DNA of 63,985 bases, counting the filler, from an uncultured Methanosarcinales archaeon (GTDB lineage: Archaea; Nanobdellota; Nanobdellia; Woesearchaeales; CAZKBD01), in NCBI GenBank assembly GCA_964550945.1. It is 4 parts of 4 records of this genome, joined end to end, with 100 filler letters (N's around TTAATTAATTAA, not from the genome) between each part and the next. Parts side by side here need not be neighbours in the genome. Positions count along the whole stretch, not along the records: positions 1 to 21,530 come from CAZKBD010000024.1; 3 more parts are not named here. One strand, given 5' to 3'. Made by a program: the position numbers and the translations under genes. The notes beneath the pieces are model-generated. The model had not been told where the DNA came from, searched no databases, and saw only the letters and a list, made by a program, of their open reading frames with translations. Each line of letters opens with the position of its first letter. Position 1 is the first letter of the stretch. Below, one piece after another: positions 1 to 11,485 of the stretch.

Positions 1-2
1 CA

Positions 3-2567
3 AGACCAAGAAAAAACAAAATTCCAATTAAAGAACGTTCAAGTGCTCAAGAATTTACTGATCAAGTTAAACAATATACTTATGAAGAACAAAAAAGAGC
101 AAATAATCCTCCTGTTGGATTAGTTACTGCTGAAACAGACCATTTAAACGGAATAAAAAAATATGAATATGATCCTCATTTAGACCCCCAACTTCAATGG
201 GCAGGTAAGAAAGAAGGAATGAGTTTTGATGTTGATACTGTTTCCTTACACGTTCACGAAAGAATAGATCCATTAACCATAATTGAAAATGCAAAAAAGA
301 AAGAAGAAACTGCACAACTTCAGCTTTTCCATTATTTTGAATCATCTGGCAGTAATTTACCAATAAGAGAAGCGATTGAATTCTATAAGCATAGCCAGAA
401 TTGGTCAAATCGTTTAATCGCAGGAGATTCTTTGATTATCATGAACTCTCTTTTGGAAAAAGAAGGAATGTCTGGAAAGGTCCAGATGATTTACATTGAT
501 CCACCTTATGGAATAAAATATGGTTCAAACTTTCAGCCCTTTGTTAATAAAAGAGATGTCAAAGACGGAAAGGATGAAGATTTGTCGCAAGAACCAGAAA
601 TGATTAAAGCATTTAGGGATACTTGGGAGTTAGGAATTCATTCTTATCTCTCCTATTTGAGAGACCGATTAAAACTGGCAAGAGAATTATTAACAGAAAG
701 CGGAAGCTGTTTTGTTCAGATTTCAGATGAGAACGTTCATCATGTCAGAGAAATAATGGAAGAAATATTTGGTCCCAAAAATTTTGTTAGTTTAATTAGT
801 TATGCTTCTACTATAGGTTTTGAAGGAAAAACTCTTAGTAGAGTTGGAGATTACATTATTTGGTATAGTAAAGATATTAGTCAATTGAAATACCACCCAC
901 TATTTATTAAAAAAGAATATGGACAACCTGGAGCGACAGGTTATAATCGGATTGAATTAGCTGATGGAAATAGAATGTCTATCGCTGAATGGGAAAAAAA
1001 GAATAATAAAAAGTTTGATTATGAAAATAGACCTAAAGATTCCAAAATTTACCTTTTGGGTGATTTAACAAATCAACAACCTCCAAAAGAGTCACAACCT
1101 TATAAATTTCAAGGAAATATATTTTATCCTAAGAATAATCGACACTGGGCTGCAAAATATCCAGAAGGAATGGATAGATTAGTAAAATTAAAAAGAATTG
1201 ATTCAACTGACAATAATTTAGGATTTGTACGATATTTTGAAGATTTCCCTATTAATCCACTTAACAATATCTGGACTGATACACTTGGTCAAAATCAATA
1301 CGGTTCAGATGGAAAAAGATATGTTGTTCAAACAGGTTTAACAATAATCCAAAGATGTTTATTAATGTCAACAGACCCAGGGGATTTAGTACTAGATCCT
1401 ACCTGTGGTAGTGGTACTACTGCTTATTTAGCTGAACAATGGGGCAGAAGATGGATAACTTGTGATACTTCGAGGGTTGCAATTACTCTTGCAAAACAAA
1501 GAGTAATGACTGCTCTATTTGATTATTATGAATTATCGCACCCTGCAGAAGGAGTATCTTCTGGCTTTAAATACCAAAAATTACCCCATATTAAAATTAG
1601 TACTCTTGCAAATAATGAATTAGAACCTGAAGAAATTTTATACGACCAACCGTTAATCGACAAAAAGCGAAAAAGAGTTACTGGTCCTTTCACTCTAGAA
1701 GCTGTTCCATCTCAGAGAGTTACAACTTTTGAAGAAGTTGAAAAAACAGTTCAAGAGCCAGATATGACAATTGCTCGTTCTGGAGAAACATTAAAACAAA
1801 ATGACTGGATTGATGAGATGTTAGCAACAGGAATAAGAGGGAAAGCGGGGCAAAAAATAGAGTTTACAAGAATTGAAACTGTTGGTGGAACAAGATATGT
1901 CCAAGCTGAAGCAGAAACTAAAGACCGACAAAAAGCAGTCATCTCTTTTGGTCCTCAATATGCTCCTTTAGAGCAGAGACAGATTGAATTAGCAATTGAC
2001 GAAGCCCAAACATTAGTCCCAAAACCTAAAATAGTTATCTTTGCTTCATTCCAATTTGACCCAGAAGCAGCCAAAGATATTGACGAATTGAAATGGCCAG
2101 GAGTAAATATTCTAAAAGTTCAGATGAATACTGATTTGCTTACAAATGACTTAAAGAAAAAGCGTTCAAGCAGTGAATCTTTCTGGTTGATGGGACAGCC
2201 AGATATAGAATTGAAAAAACAAGGAGAGAAATATATTGTACAGGTAAATGGTTTTGATTATTACAACACGAAAACGGGAGAAATTGAATCTGGAGATTCT
2301 TCAAAAATTGCTATGTGGGAATTAGATACTAATTATGATGGGAGAAGCTTATATCCAAGACAAGTATTTTTTCCAATGGCTGGAAATGGAGAAGGATGGG
2401 ATAAACTCGCAAAAAGCGTCAAAGCAGTTATTGACGAAGATTTAATTGAACAATACAAGGGTAATATTTCCATCCCATTTAAGTTAGGCAATAATAAACA
2501 AATCGCAGTTAAAATTATTGATGATAGAGGTATTGAATCATTAAAAATCATTAAGGTAGAAGAATGA
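3..2567 (+). CDS. Adenine-specific DNA methyltransferase (type III Mod-like), 5'-partial; frame is open to the window start
   Basis: IDPPY catalytic motif and PTCGSGT SAM-binding motif. Upstream of the ORF-track start the frame reads ...RANNPPVGLV...YDPHLDPQLQWAGK with no stop. Confidence 0.9.
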   Translation, partial: RPRKNKIPIKERSSAQEFTDQVKQYTYEEQKRANNPPVGLVTAETDHLNGIKKYEYDPHLDPQLQWAGKKEGMSFDVDTVSLHVHERIDPLTIIENAKKKEETAQLQLFHYFESSGSNLPIREAIEFYKHSQNWSNRLIAGDSLIIMNSLLEKEGMSGKVQMIYIDPPYGIKYGSNFQPFVNKRDVKDGKDEDLSQEPEMIKAFRDTWELGIHSYLSYLRDRLKLARELLTESGSCFVQISDENVHHVREIMEEIFGPKNFVSLISYASTIGFEGKTLSRVGDYIIWYSKDISQLKYHPLFIKKEYGQPGATGYNRIELADGNRMSIAEWEKKNNKKFDYENRPKDSKIYLLGDLTNQQPPKESQPYKFQGNIFYPKNNRHWAAKYPEGMDRLVKLKRIDSTDNNLGFVRYFEDFPINPLNNIWTDTLGQNQYGSDGKRYVVQTGLTIIQRCLLMSTDPGDLVLDPTCGSGTTAYLAEQWGRRWITCDTSRVAITLAKQRVMTALFDYYELSHPAEGVSSGFKYQKLPHIKISTLANNELEPEEILYDQPLIDKKRKRVTGPFTLEAVPSQRVTTFEEVEKTVQEPDMTIARSGETLKQNDWIDEMLATGIRGKAGQKIEFTRIETVGGTRYVQAEAETKDRQKAVISFGPQYAPLEQRQIELAIDEAQTLVPKPKIVIFASFQFDPEAAKDIDELKWPGVNILKVQMNTDLLTNDLKKKRSSSESFWLMGQPDIELKKQGEKYIVQVNGFDYYNTKTGEIESGDSSKIAMWELDTNYDGRSLYPRQVFFPMAGNGEGWDKLAKSVKAVIDEDLIEQYKGNISIPFKLGNNKQIAVKIIDDRGIESLKIIKVEE

Positions 2568-5365
2568 CAACTACAACTCATTTAATTATAAATAACCCCT
2601 ATGAAAAACCAAAACTTCATCTAAAATACAATAGGGAAATAAGAAAGTTTGAGTTAGTTGATGGAAGAAGAAATGCAGGTTATGTTGTCGCTTCTGAGCA
2701 TTCTGAAAGTTTTGATGATCCGGGTATCTTTGTTGAATTAGAATTAGCGAATAGAATAAGAGAAAGAGTTGATAAATGGAAGGAAAATGGATATCCTGGC
2801 ATTTCTTCAATAACTAAAGACCTTTTAGAACACTGGAAAAATCCAGAAAGAGAAACAAAATTTTTCTTTTGTCAAATAGAGGCGATTGAAACCCTAATCT
2901 GGTTGCTTGAAGCTCCAGATAGTGAAAAACGAGGTATAGAGATTCCTCTTGATGGCGGAGAAATTCAAAGAATATGTTCCAAAATGGCAACAGGAGCAGG
3001 AAAAACGATAGTTATGGCTATGCTGATTGCATGGCAAATCATAAACAAAGTAACTTATGCAAAAGACCAAAGATTCACAAAAAATGTTTTAATTGTTGCT
3101 CCAGGATTAACTGTTAAAAGTCGATTACAGGTTTTAATCCCAGATTCTCCAGGAAACTACTTTGATGCATTTGATATAATTCCTCAAGATTTTTATGACA
3201 AGTTAAGGCAAGGAAGAGTAAAAATAATCAATTGGCACACACTGGATTGGGATACTCAAGACAGAATAAACAAAAAAATAGAAAAGGGAACTTTAAGGAC
3301 AGTTGATAGAAGAAAAAGGATTGAAATAAGTGATGAAGCATACATAAAACAAGTATTAGAGGAATTTTCAGAAGCAAAAAATATGCTTGTTATTAACGAT
3401 GAAGCACACCATGCTTGGAGAATAAATCCAGAAGCAAAAGGAAAATACCAAAGAATTGGAGAAGAAAAAGATAGCGCCGAAGAAGCTACAATATGGATTA
3501 GCGGATTAGATAAAATTAACAAATCAAGAGGAATTTTAAGATGCCATGATTTTTCTGCAACACCATTTTATCCTTCAGGGAAAAAAGTAGGGGAAGACCA
3601 ATTATTTACCTGGATTGTAAGCGATTTTGGTTTAAATGATGCAATTGAATCAGGTTTGGTCAAAACTCCGAGAGTAGTTATCAGGGATGATGGAAAACTT
3701 GACAAGAAAATGAAGTCTAAGTTTTATCATATTTATAATGATCCAACTGTAAAAAGTGATTTAAACAGAAGTGTTGAAGCAGAAGTTCCTCTTCCTGATT
3801 TAATTGTTCAGGCATATTATCATTTAGGTAAGGATTGGCTTGAAACATTGAAACTTTGGAAAAGCTCAAATCCTCCTTCTGAAGTTCCGCCTGTCATGAT
3901 TACAGTATGTAATAGGACAGAAACAGCCGCAAGAGTAGAAAACGCTTTCTTAAAAGGAAAAATTAAGATTGATGAATTGAAAGATATTGAAAAAACTTTA
4001 AGAATAGACTCAAGAATTCTTTCTGAAGCTGAAAGTAAAGAATCAGAAGTTGTAATTGAGGGAGAAACTGGGCTTTCTAAAAAAGACCAAGCAGAAGTAT
4101 TAAGGCAAAAAGTTGATACTATTGGAAAGAAAGACAAACCAGGAGAGCAAATTCAGAATATTATCTCTGTTGGAATGTTATCAGAAGGGTGGGACGCTAA
4201 AACAGTAACTCATATTATGGGTTTAAGGGCATTTTCAAGTCAGTTATTGTGTGAACAAGTTGTTGGAAGAGGGTTAAGAAGAGTTTCTTATGAAGTTGAT
4301 GAAGAAACAGGATTATTTAGGGCGGAATATGTTAATATTTTTGGAGTGCCATTTACATTCTTACCTCATGAAGGTGGAGAAGATACTCCTCCAGAGCCAC
4401 CAAAACCAAGAACAAGAATATTCGTTGATGATACCAAAAAAGAACACGAAATAAGATGGCCTAATATTATTAGAATTAACCATGTTTATTCATCTAAATT
4501 AAATTTAGACATGAAAGAAGTAAAAAGAATCGAGTTAAGGCCAGAAGATACGCCTTTTAGATCTGAACTTGCTCCGTTTTTGGAGGGAAAACCAGATAAT
4601 ACAAAATTAACTGAAATTAATCTTAGCGATGAAAAAGTTGAAGAAATGTTGAAAGTTTTAAGAAAACAAAGACTCATTTTTGAAATTGCGAGAGATATTT
4701 TTGACCAAGTAAAACCAACATGGCCCGGAAAGAAAGAATTTTTGCTTATCCAGATTGTGAAGATTGTTGAAGATTTTATTAATTCAAATAAATTAGTAAT
4801 TAAAGGAGAAACTTATAATGAGGATTTAAAGAAACGTCTATTGATTCTTTTGAATATGAACAAAATTGTCCAGCATTTATTCAACGCGATTAGATTTGAA
4901 AACACAGAAGAATTGATCCCAATTTTTGATAAGGAAAAGCCAATTAAATCAACTGCCAACATGATGACATGGTACACTAGCAAACCATGTGAATTAAACA
5001 AAAGATCACATATTAGCCATACTATTTTTGATAGCACTTGGGAAGCAACAGAATCTTTTGAATTAGATAAGAATGAAAATATTGAATCATGGGCTAAAAA
5101 TGACCATCTGAACTTTTTTGTGCATTATGTTTTTGGTGGGGTGATTCATAAATATTATCCTGATTTCTTAATCCAACTAAAGAATGGAAAAATGCTTGTT
5201 TTGGAAGTTAAAGGAAAAGACGACCAAAAAAACAAGACTAAAAGAGAGTACTTCAAAGAGTGGATTGATGCAGTAAACAATGATAAAAGATTCGGAACTT
5301 GGGAATTTGATGTTTCATTTAGAACAGCAGATATTAAAGATATTCTTAAAAAACACTCCAAATAG
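2564..5365 (+). CDS. Type III-like restriction endonuclease/helicase subunit (BPTD_3080-like family)
   Basis: MATGAGKT Walker A, DEAHH, QVVGRGLR helicase motif VI, C-terminal YPDF...LEVKG PD-(D/E)XK nuclease. Overlaps the MTase stop (ATGA). Confidence 0.88.
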   Translation: MTTTTHLIINNPYEKPKLHLKYNREIRKFELVDGRRNAGYVVASEHSESFDDPGIFVELELANRIRERVDKWKENGYPGISSITKDLLEHWKNPERETKFFFCQIEAIETLIWLLEAPDSEKRGIEIPLDGGEIQRICSKMATGAGKTIVMAMLIAWQIINKVTYAKDQRFTKNVLIVAPGLTVKSRLQVLIPDSPGNYFDAFDIIPQDFYDKLRQGRVKIINWHTLDWDTQDRINKKIEKGTLRTVDRRKRIEISDEAYIKQVLEEFSEAKNMLVINDEAHHAWRINPEAKGKYQRIGEEKDSAEEATIWISGLDKINKSRGILRCHDFSATPFYPSGKKVGEDQLFTWIVSDFGLNDAIESGLVKTPRVVIRDDGKLDKKMKSKFYHIYNDPTVKSDLNRSVEAEVPLPDLIVQAYYHLGKDWLETLKLWKSSNPPSEVPPVMITVCNRTETAARVENAFLKGKIKIDELKDIEKTLRIDSRILSEAESKESEVVIEGETGLSKKDQAEVLRQKVDTIGKKDKPGEQIQNIISVGMLSEGWDAKTVTHIMGLRAFSSQLLCEQVVGRGLRRVSYEVDEETGLFRAEYVNIFGVPFTFLPHEGGEDTPPEPPKPRTRIFVDDTKKEHEIRWPNIIRINHVYSSKLNLDMKEVKRIELRPEDTPFRSELAPFLEGKPDNTKLTEINLSDEKVEEMLKVLRKQRLIFEIARDIFDQVKPTWPGKKEFLLIQIVKIVEDFINSNKLVIKGETYNEDLKKRLLILLNMNKIVQHLFNAIRFENTEELIPIFDKEKPIKSTANMMTWYTSKPCELNKRSHISHTIFDSTWEATESFELDKNENIESWAKNDHLNFFVHYVFGGVIHKYYPDFLIQLKNGKMLVLEVKGKDDQKNKTKREYFKEWIDAVNNDKRFGTWEFDVSFRTADIKDILKKHSK

Positions 5366-5794
5366 ATATCTTCTTTTTCAGAAAAAGAAGCAAAAACTAC
5401 GGAATTCCCCCTACGACGAAATTAAAATTGTCCCTTTGATACTTGTTCGCGATTGCTCTAATGAGCTAGAACGAACAGAAATGCCTATTGAATGTTTTTA
5501 CTGCTTCTGCCTCTTGCACAAATACTAGAAAGAGGCACGGCATTCATCCCACAAATAAATTTGTGGGTATTCTGCCTACGATTTTATAAAAATAGCTATA
5601 TTCGTAGTATTTACGGGGTGTATAATGGCTAAGAAAATAAATGGGGAGTGGGTTATTGAGGAAGGAGAGCATATATATGGGGAATATATGGATACTGTAG
5701 ACAAGAAAGAGGAATAGGATCAATATGAACAAAAGTAACAATCTAAAGACCATCAATCTATTGGATCCTCTAGAGGAGTTCAGCGATAAATAGG

Positions 5795-7225
5795 TCAGTT
5801 TGCATATTTCTTTAGGGTTTGCATTATCTTTTGCCCATCAACCTTGCCGCGGTATTTTGCCATAACTATCCCCATATAGGCGCCTGTTGTAAGGCCTGGC
5901 TTTTCCTTGATTATCTTTTTTATCTCATCTTCCAGTTGGTCTTCGGCTACTGACTCAAATTTGGATATGTCTATATTTTCTTTTTTAACCCTTTTTATTA
6001 AGATGTCTATTACAGCTTCCTTGGCTATCTTTCCGTTAGCCAATAGGCCAAGAACAAAATCAAAATCCTCTTTAGTAAGTTTTGATGAGTCTAGGTCAAA
6101 CCTTGTTTTGATCTCCTTAGGGGTATTTATCAGGATTTGAGCTATTATCTCTGGCTTTAGGTCTTTAGATTTGTTGACATATGCCTCAAAATCTATCTTT
6201 TGCTTGATTATTTCTGCTGCAAGGATGTCTGAAATGCCATACTGCTTTTCTAATTTTATAGATTTTTCTGTTAATAGCTCAGGCAGTTTTACCTGATTGA
6301 TAAGCTCTTTAGCTATCTTGATTGTTGGCACGTCTGTCTCAGGGTACATTCTTGCTGCTCCAGGCATGGGCCTAAGATAAGAGGTTGTAAAATCAGGATC
6401 TGCTTTTCTCACATGAGGCTCTAAGCGTTTTCCTGATTTTATATCCTTGAGCTGCCTTTGCACTTCATTCTCGATTGTTTTTGGGATTGACCTTAGATCC
6501 TGAAATCCTTTGATCTCTATTCTAGGATGGCCTTTTATTGAAATGTTTAAGTCCTGCCTTATAGTGCCAAGGCCCCTTTTAACGCGCTCAGTTGACCTTA
6601 GGATCATGCCAAGCTGGGCAGCTACTTCTTTTGCGTGCTCTGGATTTTTTATGCCTGCTGATGTTCCCAGCTCAATAAGTGGTATGCCTAACCTGTCCAA
6701 CCTGTAGGTTACGCTTTTTGAATCTTCTTTCATTCTTTGAGCAGCCTCTTCTTCCAGGCAGATCACTGATATGCTTATTTTCCCTAGTGATGTTTCTATA
6801 TAGCCGTCTTGCGCGACCAATGCTGTCCTTTGAAACCCTGAAGTGTTAGAGCCGTCAACAACAGTCTTTCTCATAACCTGCATCTCATCAACAATCTTTG
6901 CATTTAGGAGCATAGAAACCATTAATGCAGTATCAAGAGCGGTTTTATTTATTTCTTGGGGAGGCTCATCATCATATTCAACATTACAAGTATCCTCTGA
7001 ATTAGAGAGGTAGACGAATTCCTTGTCTTTGGCCATCTCATATTCTGCAGCAATATCGACTTTTCCAGTCTCGCCAGCCACTGCCCTCAACTTTCTAACC
7101 ACTTTAATATCAGGCTCTTTGTCAGAATTACTAGTTGGGCAATTACAGAATAGCTTTCTGCCTTCTAATTGCTGATGGATTTCTATACCGCATTTAAAAC
7201 CTAATTTTTCGTAATCTAATTCCAT
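5795..7225 (-). CDS. gatE: Glu-tRNA(Gln) amidotransferase subunit E (short form)
   Basis: GIEIHQQL, RKTVVDGSNTSGFQRT, LDRLGIPLIE, RPMPGAARMYPETD; adjacent to gatD. Confidence 0.95.
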   Translation of the reverse strand: MELDYEKLGFKCGIEIHQQLEGRKLFCNCPTSNSDKEPDIKVVRKLRAVAGETGKVDIAAEYEMAKDKEFVYLSNSEDTCNVEYDDEPPQEINKTALDTALMVSMLLNAKIVDEMQVMRKTVVDGSNTSGFQRTALVAQDGYIETSLGKISISVICLEEEAAQRMKEDSKSVTYRLDRLGIPLIELGTSAGIKNPEHAKEVAAQLGMILRSTERVKRGLGTIRQDLNISIKGHPRIEIKGFQDLRSIPKTIENEVQRQLKDIKSGKRLEPHVRKADPDFTTSYLRPMPGAARMYPETDVPTIKIAKELINQVKLPELLTEKSIKLEKQYGISDILAAEIIKQKIDFEAYVNKSKDLKPEIIAQILINTPKEIKTRFDLDSSKLTKEDFDFVLGLLANGKIAKEAVIDILIKRVKKENIDISKFESVAEDQLEDEIKKIIKEKPGLTTGAYMGIVMAKYRGKVDGQKIMQTLKKYAN

Positions 7226-7369
7226 TTTAGATTTGAATATCTTATATAGGTATATTAAATTTGCTATAATCTGGCTCAATAAAAAATAATATCCACGCAG
7301 AATGTTGAGAACTCTTCTGGCTTTAATAGTTATACCATCTTATTCTGTTGATAATCTCCTTTGTATTAA

Positions 7370-8668
7370 TCATTCAAGATAATCATCAGGCATTATTCTC
7401 TTGTTTATCTCTCCCCTTAGATTCTCTGTCATTAGCTTTTTGGCTTCGTCTTTCTTGTAATTGCCAAGAAGCCATGCCAGCTTGATAAATGCTGTTTCAG
7501 TTAATAGGTCTTCTGCGTATAGTGCACCCATCCCCCCTATATCGATTGCTGTTGAATAGACATGGGGATGAACCCTGCCAAAGATGCATTGAGAGGTTAT
7601 AACTACGATACATCCTGAGTCAATCAGATCTTTAAGCGCTTTCCTGTTTTTAAGATTAGGTGTAGATGCTTCGTTTGGCGCATTAATAGGCAACTGTCCC
7701 AATGCCAGCGCTTCTATAACCAACCCCTTGTACCCATTATAGAATTCAAACTGCTCTGGCACCATATTTGGATGAGCTTTTAATATGCCTGTTTTTTCTT
7801 CGAATTTGTCTTTTATCACTAATTTTCTTTTGCTGTCTTTCTTATCATACTGCTTTCTGAGGAATCCTATCTTTTTTGTATTATAGCTAACTATCGCTAT
7901 GGGCTTATCGTTTATTGCCTTAAAAGCGTCTCTTCTGCTTGTGTGCATCTTTCTTGTTTTTGTTGCAGGCAAGATAAGGCAAGTATCATCATCCATTGAC
8001 TCATGCATGCAGATTGCAACACCAGAGAAATCTGTTTTTGCTATAAACTCTGCTGCACATATCAGATTAACAGCTGAATCGCTGCTTCCCCTGTCAGAGC
8101 TTCTCTGAGAGCCCACTAAGATAACTGGAACAGGCAAGCCTTCAAGTATAAATGAAAGTGCTGCAGCTGAATACCCCATTGTATCTGTTCCATGGGTTAA
8201 GATTATGCCATCACATCCTTTGTCAATCTCCTCTTGTATTGCTTTGGCCATTATCTTGTAATGGGCAAATCTCATGTCTTCAGAAAACATATTGCTGATA
8301 AGCCTGCTCCTTATATTAGCAATTGACCTTAGCTCTGGGAACATAGCTAATAATTCTTCTGGATCAAACCTTGCTATAACTCCGCCAGTCCTATAATCAA
8401 CCTTAGAAGCGATTGTTCCTCCTGTATGTAAAATAGAAATTGTCGGCAATTTCTTATCAACCTTGATGTTAGTTGTTTTTTTCTCAGTTTCCTTGAACTT
8501 CTCAATCAGCTCTATCTTTTTTATCTTTTTGCTCTCAATTCCAATATTGTAGCCATTATCTAGCTTAACAAATACGCTCTCTTTGCTCTCTGTAGGCATT
8601 AGAATCCCCTCTACAGTTTCTTTTGCAGTAACCACTTTAACCTTATCTCCAAGCTTGGGATTTGTCAT
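7370..8668 (-). CDS. gatD: Glu-tRNA(Gln) amidotransferase subunit D
   Basis: KLDNGYNIG N-domain, TGGTIAS, HGTDT, QRSSDRGSSD, KMHTSRRDAF asparaginase-like motifs. Confidence 0.96.
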   Translation of the reverse strand: MTNPKLGDKVKVVTAKETVEGILMPTESKESVFVKLDNGYNIGIESKKIKKIELIEKFKETEKKTTNIKVDKKLPTISILHTGGTIASKVDYRTGGVIARFDPEELLAMFPELRSIANIRSRLISNMFSEDMRFAHYKIMAKAIQEEIDKGCDGIILTHGTDTMGYSAAALSFILEGLPVPVILVGSQRSSDRGSSDSAVNLICAAEFIAKTDFSGVAICMHESMDDDTCLILPATKTRKMHTSRRDAFKAINDKPIAIVSYNTKKIGFLRKQYDKKDSKRKLVIKDKFEEKTGILKAHPNMVPEQFEFYNGYKGLVIEALALGQLPINAPNEASTPNLKNRKALKDLIDSGCIVVITSQCIFGRVHPHVYSTAIDIGGMGALYAEDLLTETAFIKLAWLLGNYKKDEAKKLMTENLRGEINKRIMPDDYLE

Positions 8669-8712
8669 TAAGAATTAAATATGAGGACTATTTAATAAGT
8701 TTTTCTATTAAA

Positions 8713-11253
8713 TTACCCCATATAGCTAGGCCTTTCTTCCTTCATCTGCTTTCCTTTTGCAGATGTAAAGAAGTCGCCTATCTCTTCATAAGACTTTTCA
8801 ACCTCTTTTGTCACAGAGGCTCTAACCTTTTTCATAGATTCATCAAAATGTTTGCTAGTAACCTCTTTTGCGTTTATATCCTTTCTCAAAGCAAGTATAG
8901 CAGCTTCTCTGCATATTGCCTCAATGTCAGCTCCAACATAACCTTCTGTTTTCTCTGCCAGTTTCTTGATATCCACAATATCTTCTTTTTTAAATTCCTT
9001 ACCAGCTTTCACTTTTTTTTCATCAACAAGAGGCATACCATTTGTATGAACCTTAAATATTTCTAATCTAGTTTTCTCATCAGGCACCGGCACTAATATC
9101 ATCCTGTCAAATCTTCCTGGCCTCAATAAAGCAGCATCAATCATATCAGGCCTGTTGGAAGCAGCAATAACAACAACATCATGCAATTCTTCTAATCCAT
9201 CAATTTCAGTCAATAATTGGTTAACAACCCTTTCAGTAACATGGCTGTCAAAAGAAGCCCCTCTTCTTGGAGCTAAACTATCAAACTCATCAAAGAATAT
9301 TATTGTAGGGCTTGTTTGTCTTGCTTTTTTAAATATCTCTCTAACCGCTTTCTCACTTTCACCAACCCATTTGCTTAATAGCTCAGGCCCTTTAACCAGA
9401 ATAAAATTAGCCTCGCTTTCTTTAGCAACTGCTTTCGCTAATAAAGTTTTTCCTGTTCCAGGCGCCCCATATAATAATATTCCTCTTGGAGCTCTGACAC
9501 CAAGCCTTGTGAATGCCTCAGGATATTTTAAAGGCCATTCAACTGCTTCCTTTAACTCCTGCTTAACATCCTCTAATCCGCCAATATCAGTCCACCTAAT
9601 ATTAGGAATTTCTATTAATACTTCTCTTAATGCAGATGGCCTTACAAATTTTAAGGCTTCTTTAAAATCATCTTGGGTTATCTTGAGCTGCTCCAGCATT
9701 TCCTTTGGAATAGGCTCTTCTTCTTTCAGCTTTAAATCAGGCAATAACTTCCTTAGCACAATCATTGCAGCTTCTTTTGCTAATGAAGCCAGATCAGCGC
9801 CAACAAAACCATGGGTGATATTAGCAATATCCTCTAAGTTTATCACCTTGGGGTTGCTGTTAACCCTATCCATATACTCTTTTAGGTTCTTTATGTCAAG
9901 CTTCTTGAATAAATTATTTTTATCGGGATTCTCGCTCAAGTACTTGTTCAATGTTTTTTCAAGGCTAGCTGATAAAATGCCTTTCTTATACCTCAACAAG
10001 CTTAAAATCGCATTTTTATATTCATCTTCAATATCCGTAAGCTCATTCAAATACTGCTCGCTTGTGTACAAAGGCATATTTCTTGTGTGGATCTTTAAGA
10101 TATTCAGCCTTCCTTTTTTTCCAGGAACACCTATCTCAATCTCTCTGTCAAACCTTCCAGGCCTTCTCAAAGCAGGATCTAATATATTAGGCACATTAGT
10201 GGCTGCTATCACAACAACCCTGCCCCTGCTTTGCAACCCATCCATTATAGCAAGCAATTGAGCAACAACCCTTCGTTCAACTTCTCCTCTAGTTTCCTCT
10301 CTTTTGCTTGCAATAGCATCAATCTCATCAATAAAAATAATAGACGGAGCATTTTTTTCAGCTTCCTGGAATTTCTTGCGAATATTTTCCTCAGACTGTC
10401 CATAATATTTTGACATAATCTCAGGGCCATTAATCAATATAAAATGAGAGTTAGTTTCATTTGCAACTGCTTTCGCTAATAACGTTTTTCCGCAGCCAGG
10501 AGGCCCATGAAGTAAAACTCCTTTTGGCGGCTCAATCCCTAATCTTTCAAATATCTCAGGATGCTTTAATGGCAGCTCAACCATCTCTCTGACTTTTTTA
10601 ATTTCATCCTCTAAGCCGCCAATATCCTCATAAGTAACCTCAGGCAATACCTCTTCCTCAACTTCAACTGCTTCTGGATTGAATACAACCTCTGTTGATT
10701 CAGATATTATAACTGCCTGCTTGGGATTAGTGTCTGCAACCACAAATTTAAGGTCTCCAAAGCCAAATCCTCCCATTATGCTTTCATCTAAAATATTAAA
10801 AACATCATCAAAGAAAGGGCTTTCAGACATTGCTGTCCTTCTTCTTCTTGTGCCTCCAATAGAGATTATATCTCCCTTAACTACAGCCCTTCCTAAAAGG
10901 CCTTGCTTGAAAATCTCAGGATTAGCCCTTATCATAACCCCTTTTCTTGCAGGAGCAATTATGACCTTTTTAGCTTCTTTTACATCTGCTTTTCTTACTT
11001 TAATTAGCTCTCCAATCCCAGTTTTAGCATTTTTCCTGGCTAAACCATCCATCCTTATTATATTAAGGCCCAAATCGCCAGGATAAGCCCTGTCAACAAT
11101 CGCAGCAGTCTTCTTTTCTCCCTCAAGCTCAACAATATCCCCCACTTTTATGCCAATTTCCTGCATAAAGCTGGTGTCTATTCTTACCACTCCTTTATTT
11201 ACATCATCCTGTATAGCTTCTGCAACCTTTAGCTTAATCTCTTTGGCAGCCAT
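8713..11253 (-). CDS. cdc48: CDC48/VCP family AAA+ ATPase
   Basis: N-domain plus two AAA modules ([16 protein letters not shown], two RPGRFDR fingers) and a C-terminal tail ending YMG. Confidence 0.96.
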   Translation of the reverse strand: MAAKEIKLKVAEAIQDDVNKGVVRIDTSFMQEIGIKVGDIVELEGEKKTAAIVDRAYPGDLGLNIIRMDGLARKNAKTGIGELIKVRKADVKEAKKVIIAPARKGVMIRANPEIFKQGLLGRAVVKGDIISIGGTRRRRTAMSESPFFDDVFNILDESIMGGFGFGDLKFVVADTNPKQAVIISESTEVVFNPEAVEVEEEVLPEVTYEDIGGLEDEIKKVREMVELPLKHPEIFERLGIEPPKGVLLHGPPGCGKTLLAKAVANETNSHFILINGPEIMSKYYGQSEENIRKKFQEAEKNAPSIIFIDEIDAIASKREETRGEVERRVVAQLLAIMDGLQSRGRVVVIAATNVPNILDPALRRPGRFDREIEIGVPGKKGRLNILKIHTRNMPLYTSEQYLNELTDIEDEYKNAILSLLRYKKGILSASLEKTLNKYLSENPDKNNLFKKLDIKNLKEYMDRVNSNPKVINLEDIANITHGFVGADLASLAKEAAMIVLRKLLPDLKLKEEEPIPKEMLEQLKITQDDFKEALKFVRPSALREVLIEIPNIRWTDIGGLEDVKQELKEAVEWPLKYPEAFTRLGVRAPRGILLYGAPGTGKTLLAKAVAKESEANFILVKGPELLSKWVGESEKAVREIFKKARQTSPTIIFFDEFDSLAPRRGASFDSHVTERVVNQLLTEIDGLEELHDVVVIAASNRPDMIDAALLRPGRFDRMILVPVPDEKTRLEIFKVHTNGMPLVDEKKVKAGKEFKKEDIVDIKKLAEKTEGYVGADIEAICREAAILALRKDINAKEVTSKHFDESMKKVRASVTKEVEKSYEEIGDFFTSAKGKQMKEERPSYMG

Positions 11254-11287
11254 TTTTCCTCTTTCATGAATAAGCGCCTTTTTATAA

Positions 11288-11404
11288 ATGTTTTGAAAAT
11301 GATTAACATTTTCAAAGCCAAAAAATGTTACTAAACATTTTTTATGTTTCTGAAAACAAAAGTTTTCAGAAGCTAAAAAATCATTCAGATTTTTTATGTT
11401 TTGA
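11288..11404. repeat. Tandem array of four AT-rich hairpins (two ~52-56 nt double-hairpin units)
   Basis: TTTGAAAATG..CATTTTCAAA, AAAAAATGTT..AACATTTTTT, TTCTGAAAAC..GTTTTCAGAA, TAAAAAATC..GATTTTTTA, with alternating ATG/AGC junctions. Confidence 0.7.
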
Positions 11405-11485
11405 TTGGGTTTTGCATCAATATTTTTACTATTAAGTAGTTAAAAAAGAAAGGTTTATAAATGGAATATAATTATTAATCTTAAA

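Noticed and set aside
5280..5756. Short ORFs between the R-M system and gatE
   Set aside because: Low-complexity translations with no motif or clear start signals.
9155..10261. Long antisense ORFs (e.g. 9155-10261, 32115-32825, 27449-28036, 57764-58330)
   Set aside because: Shadows of well-supported genes on the opposite strand.
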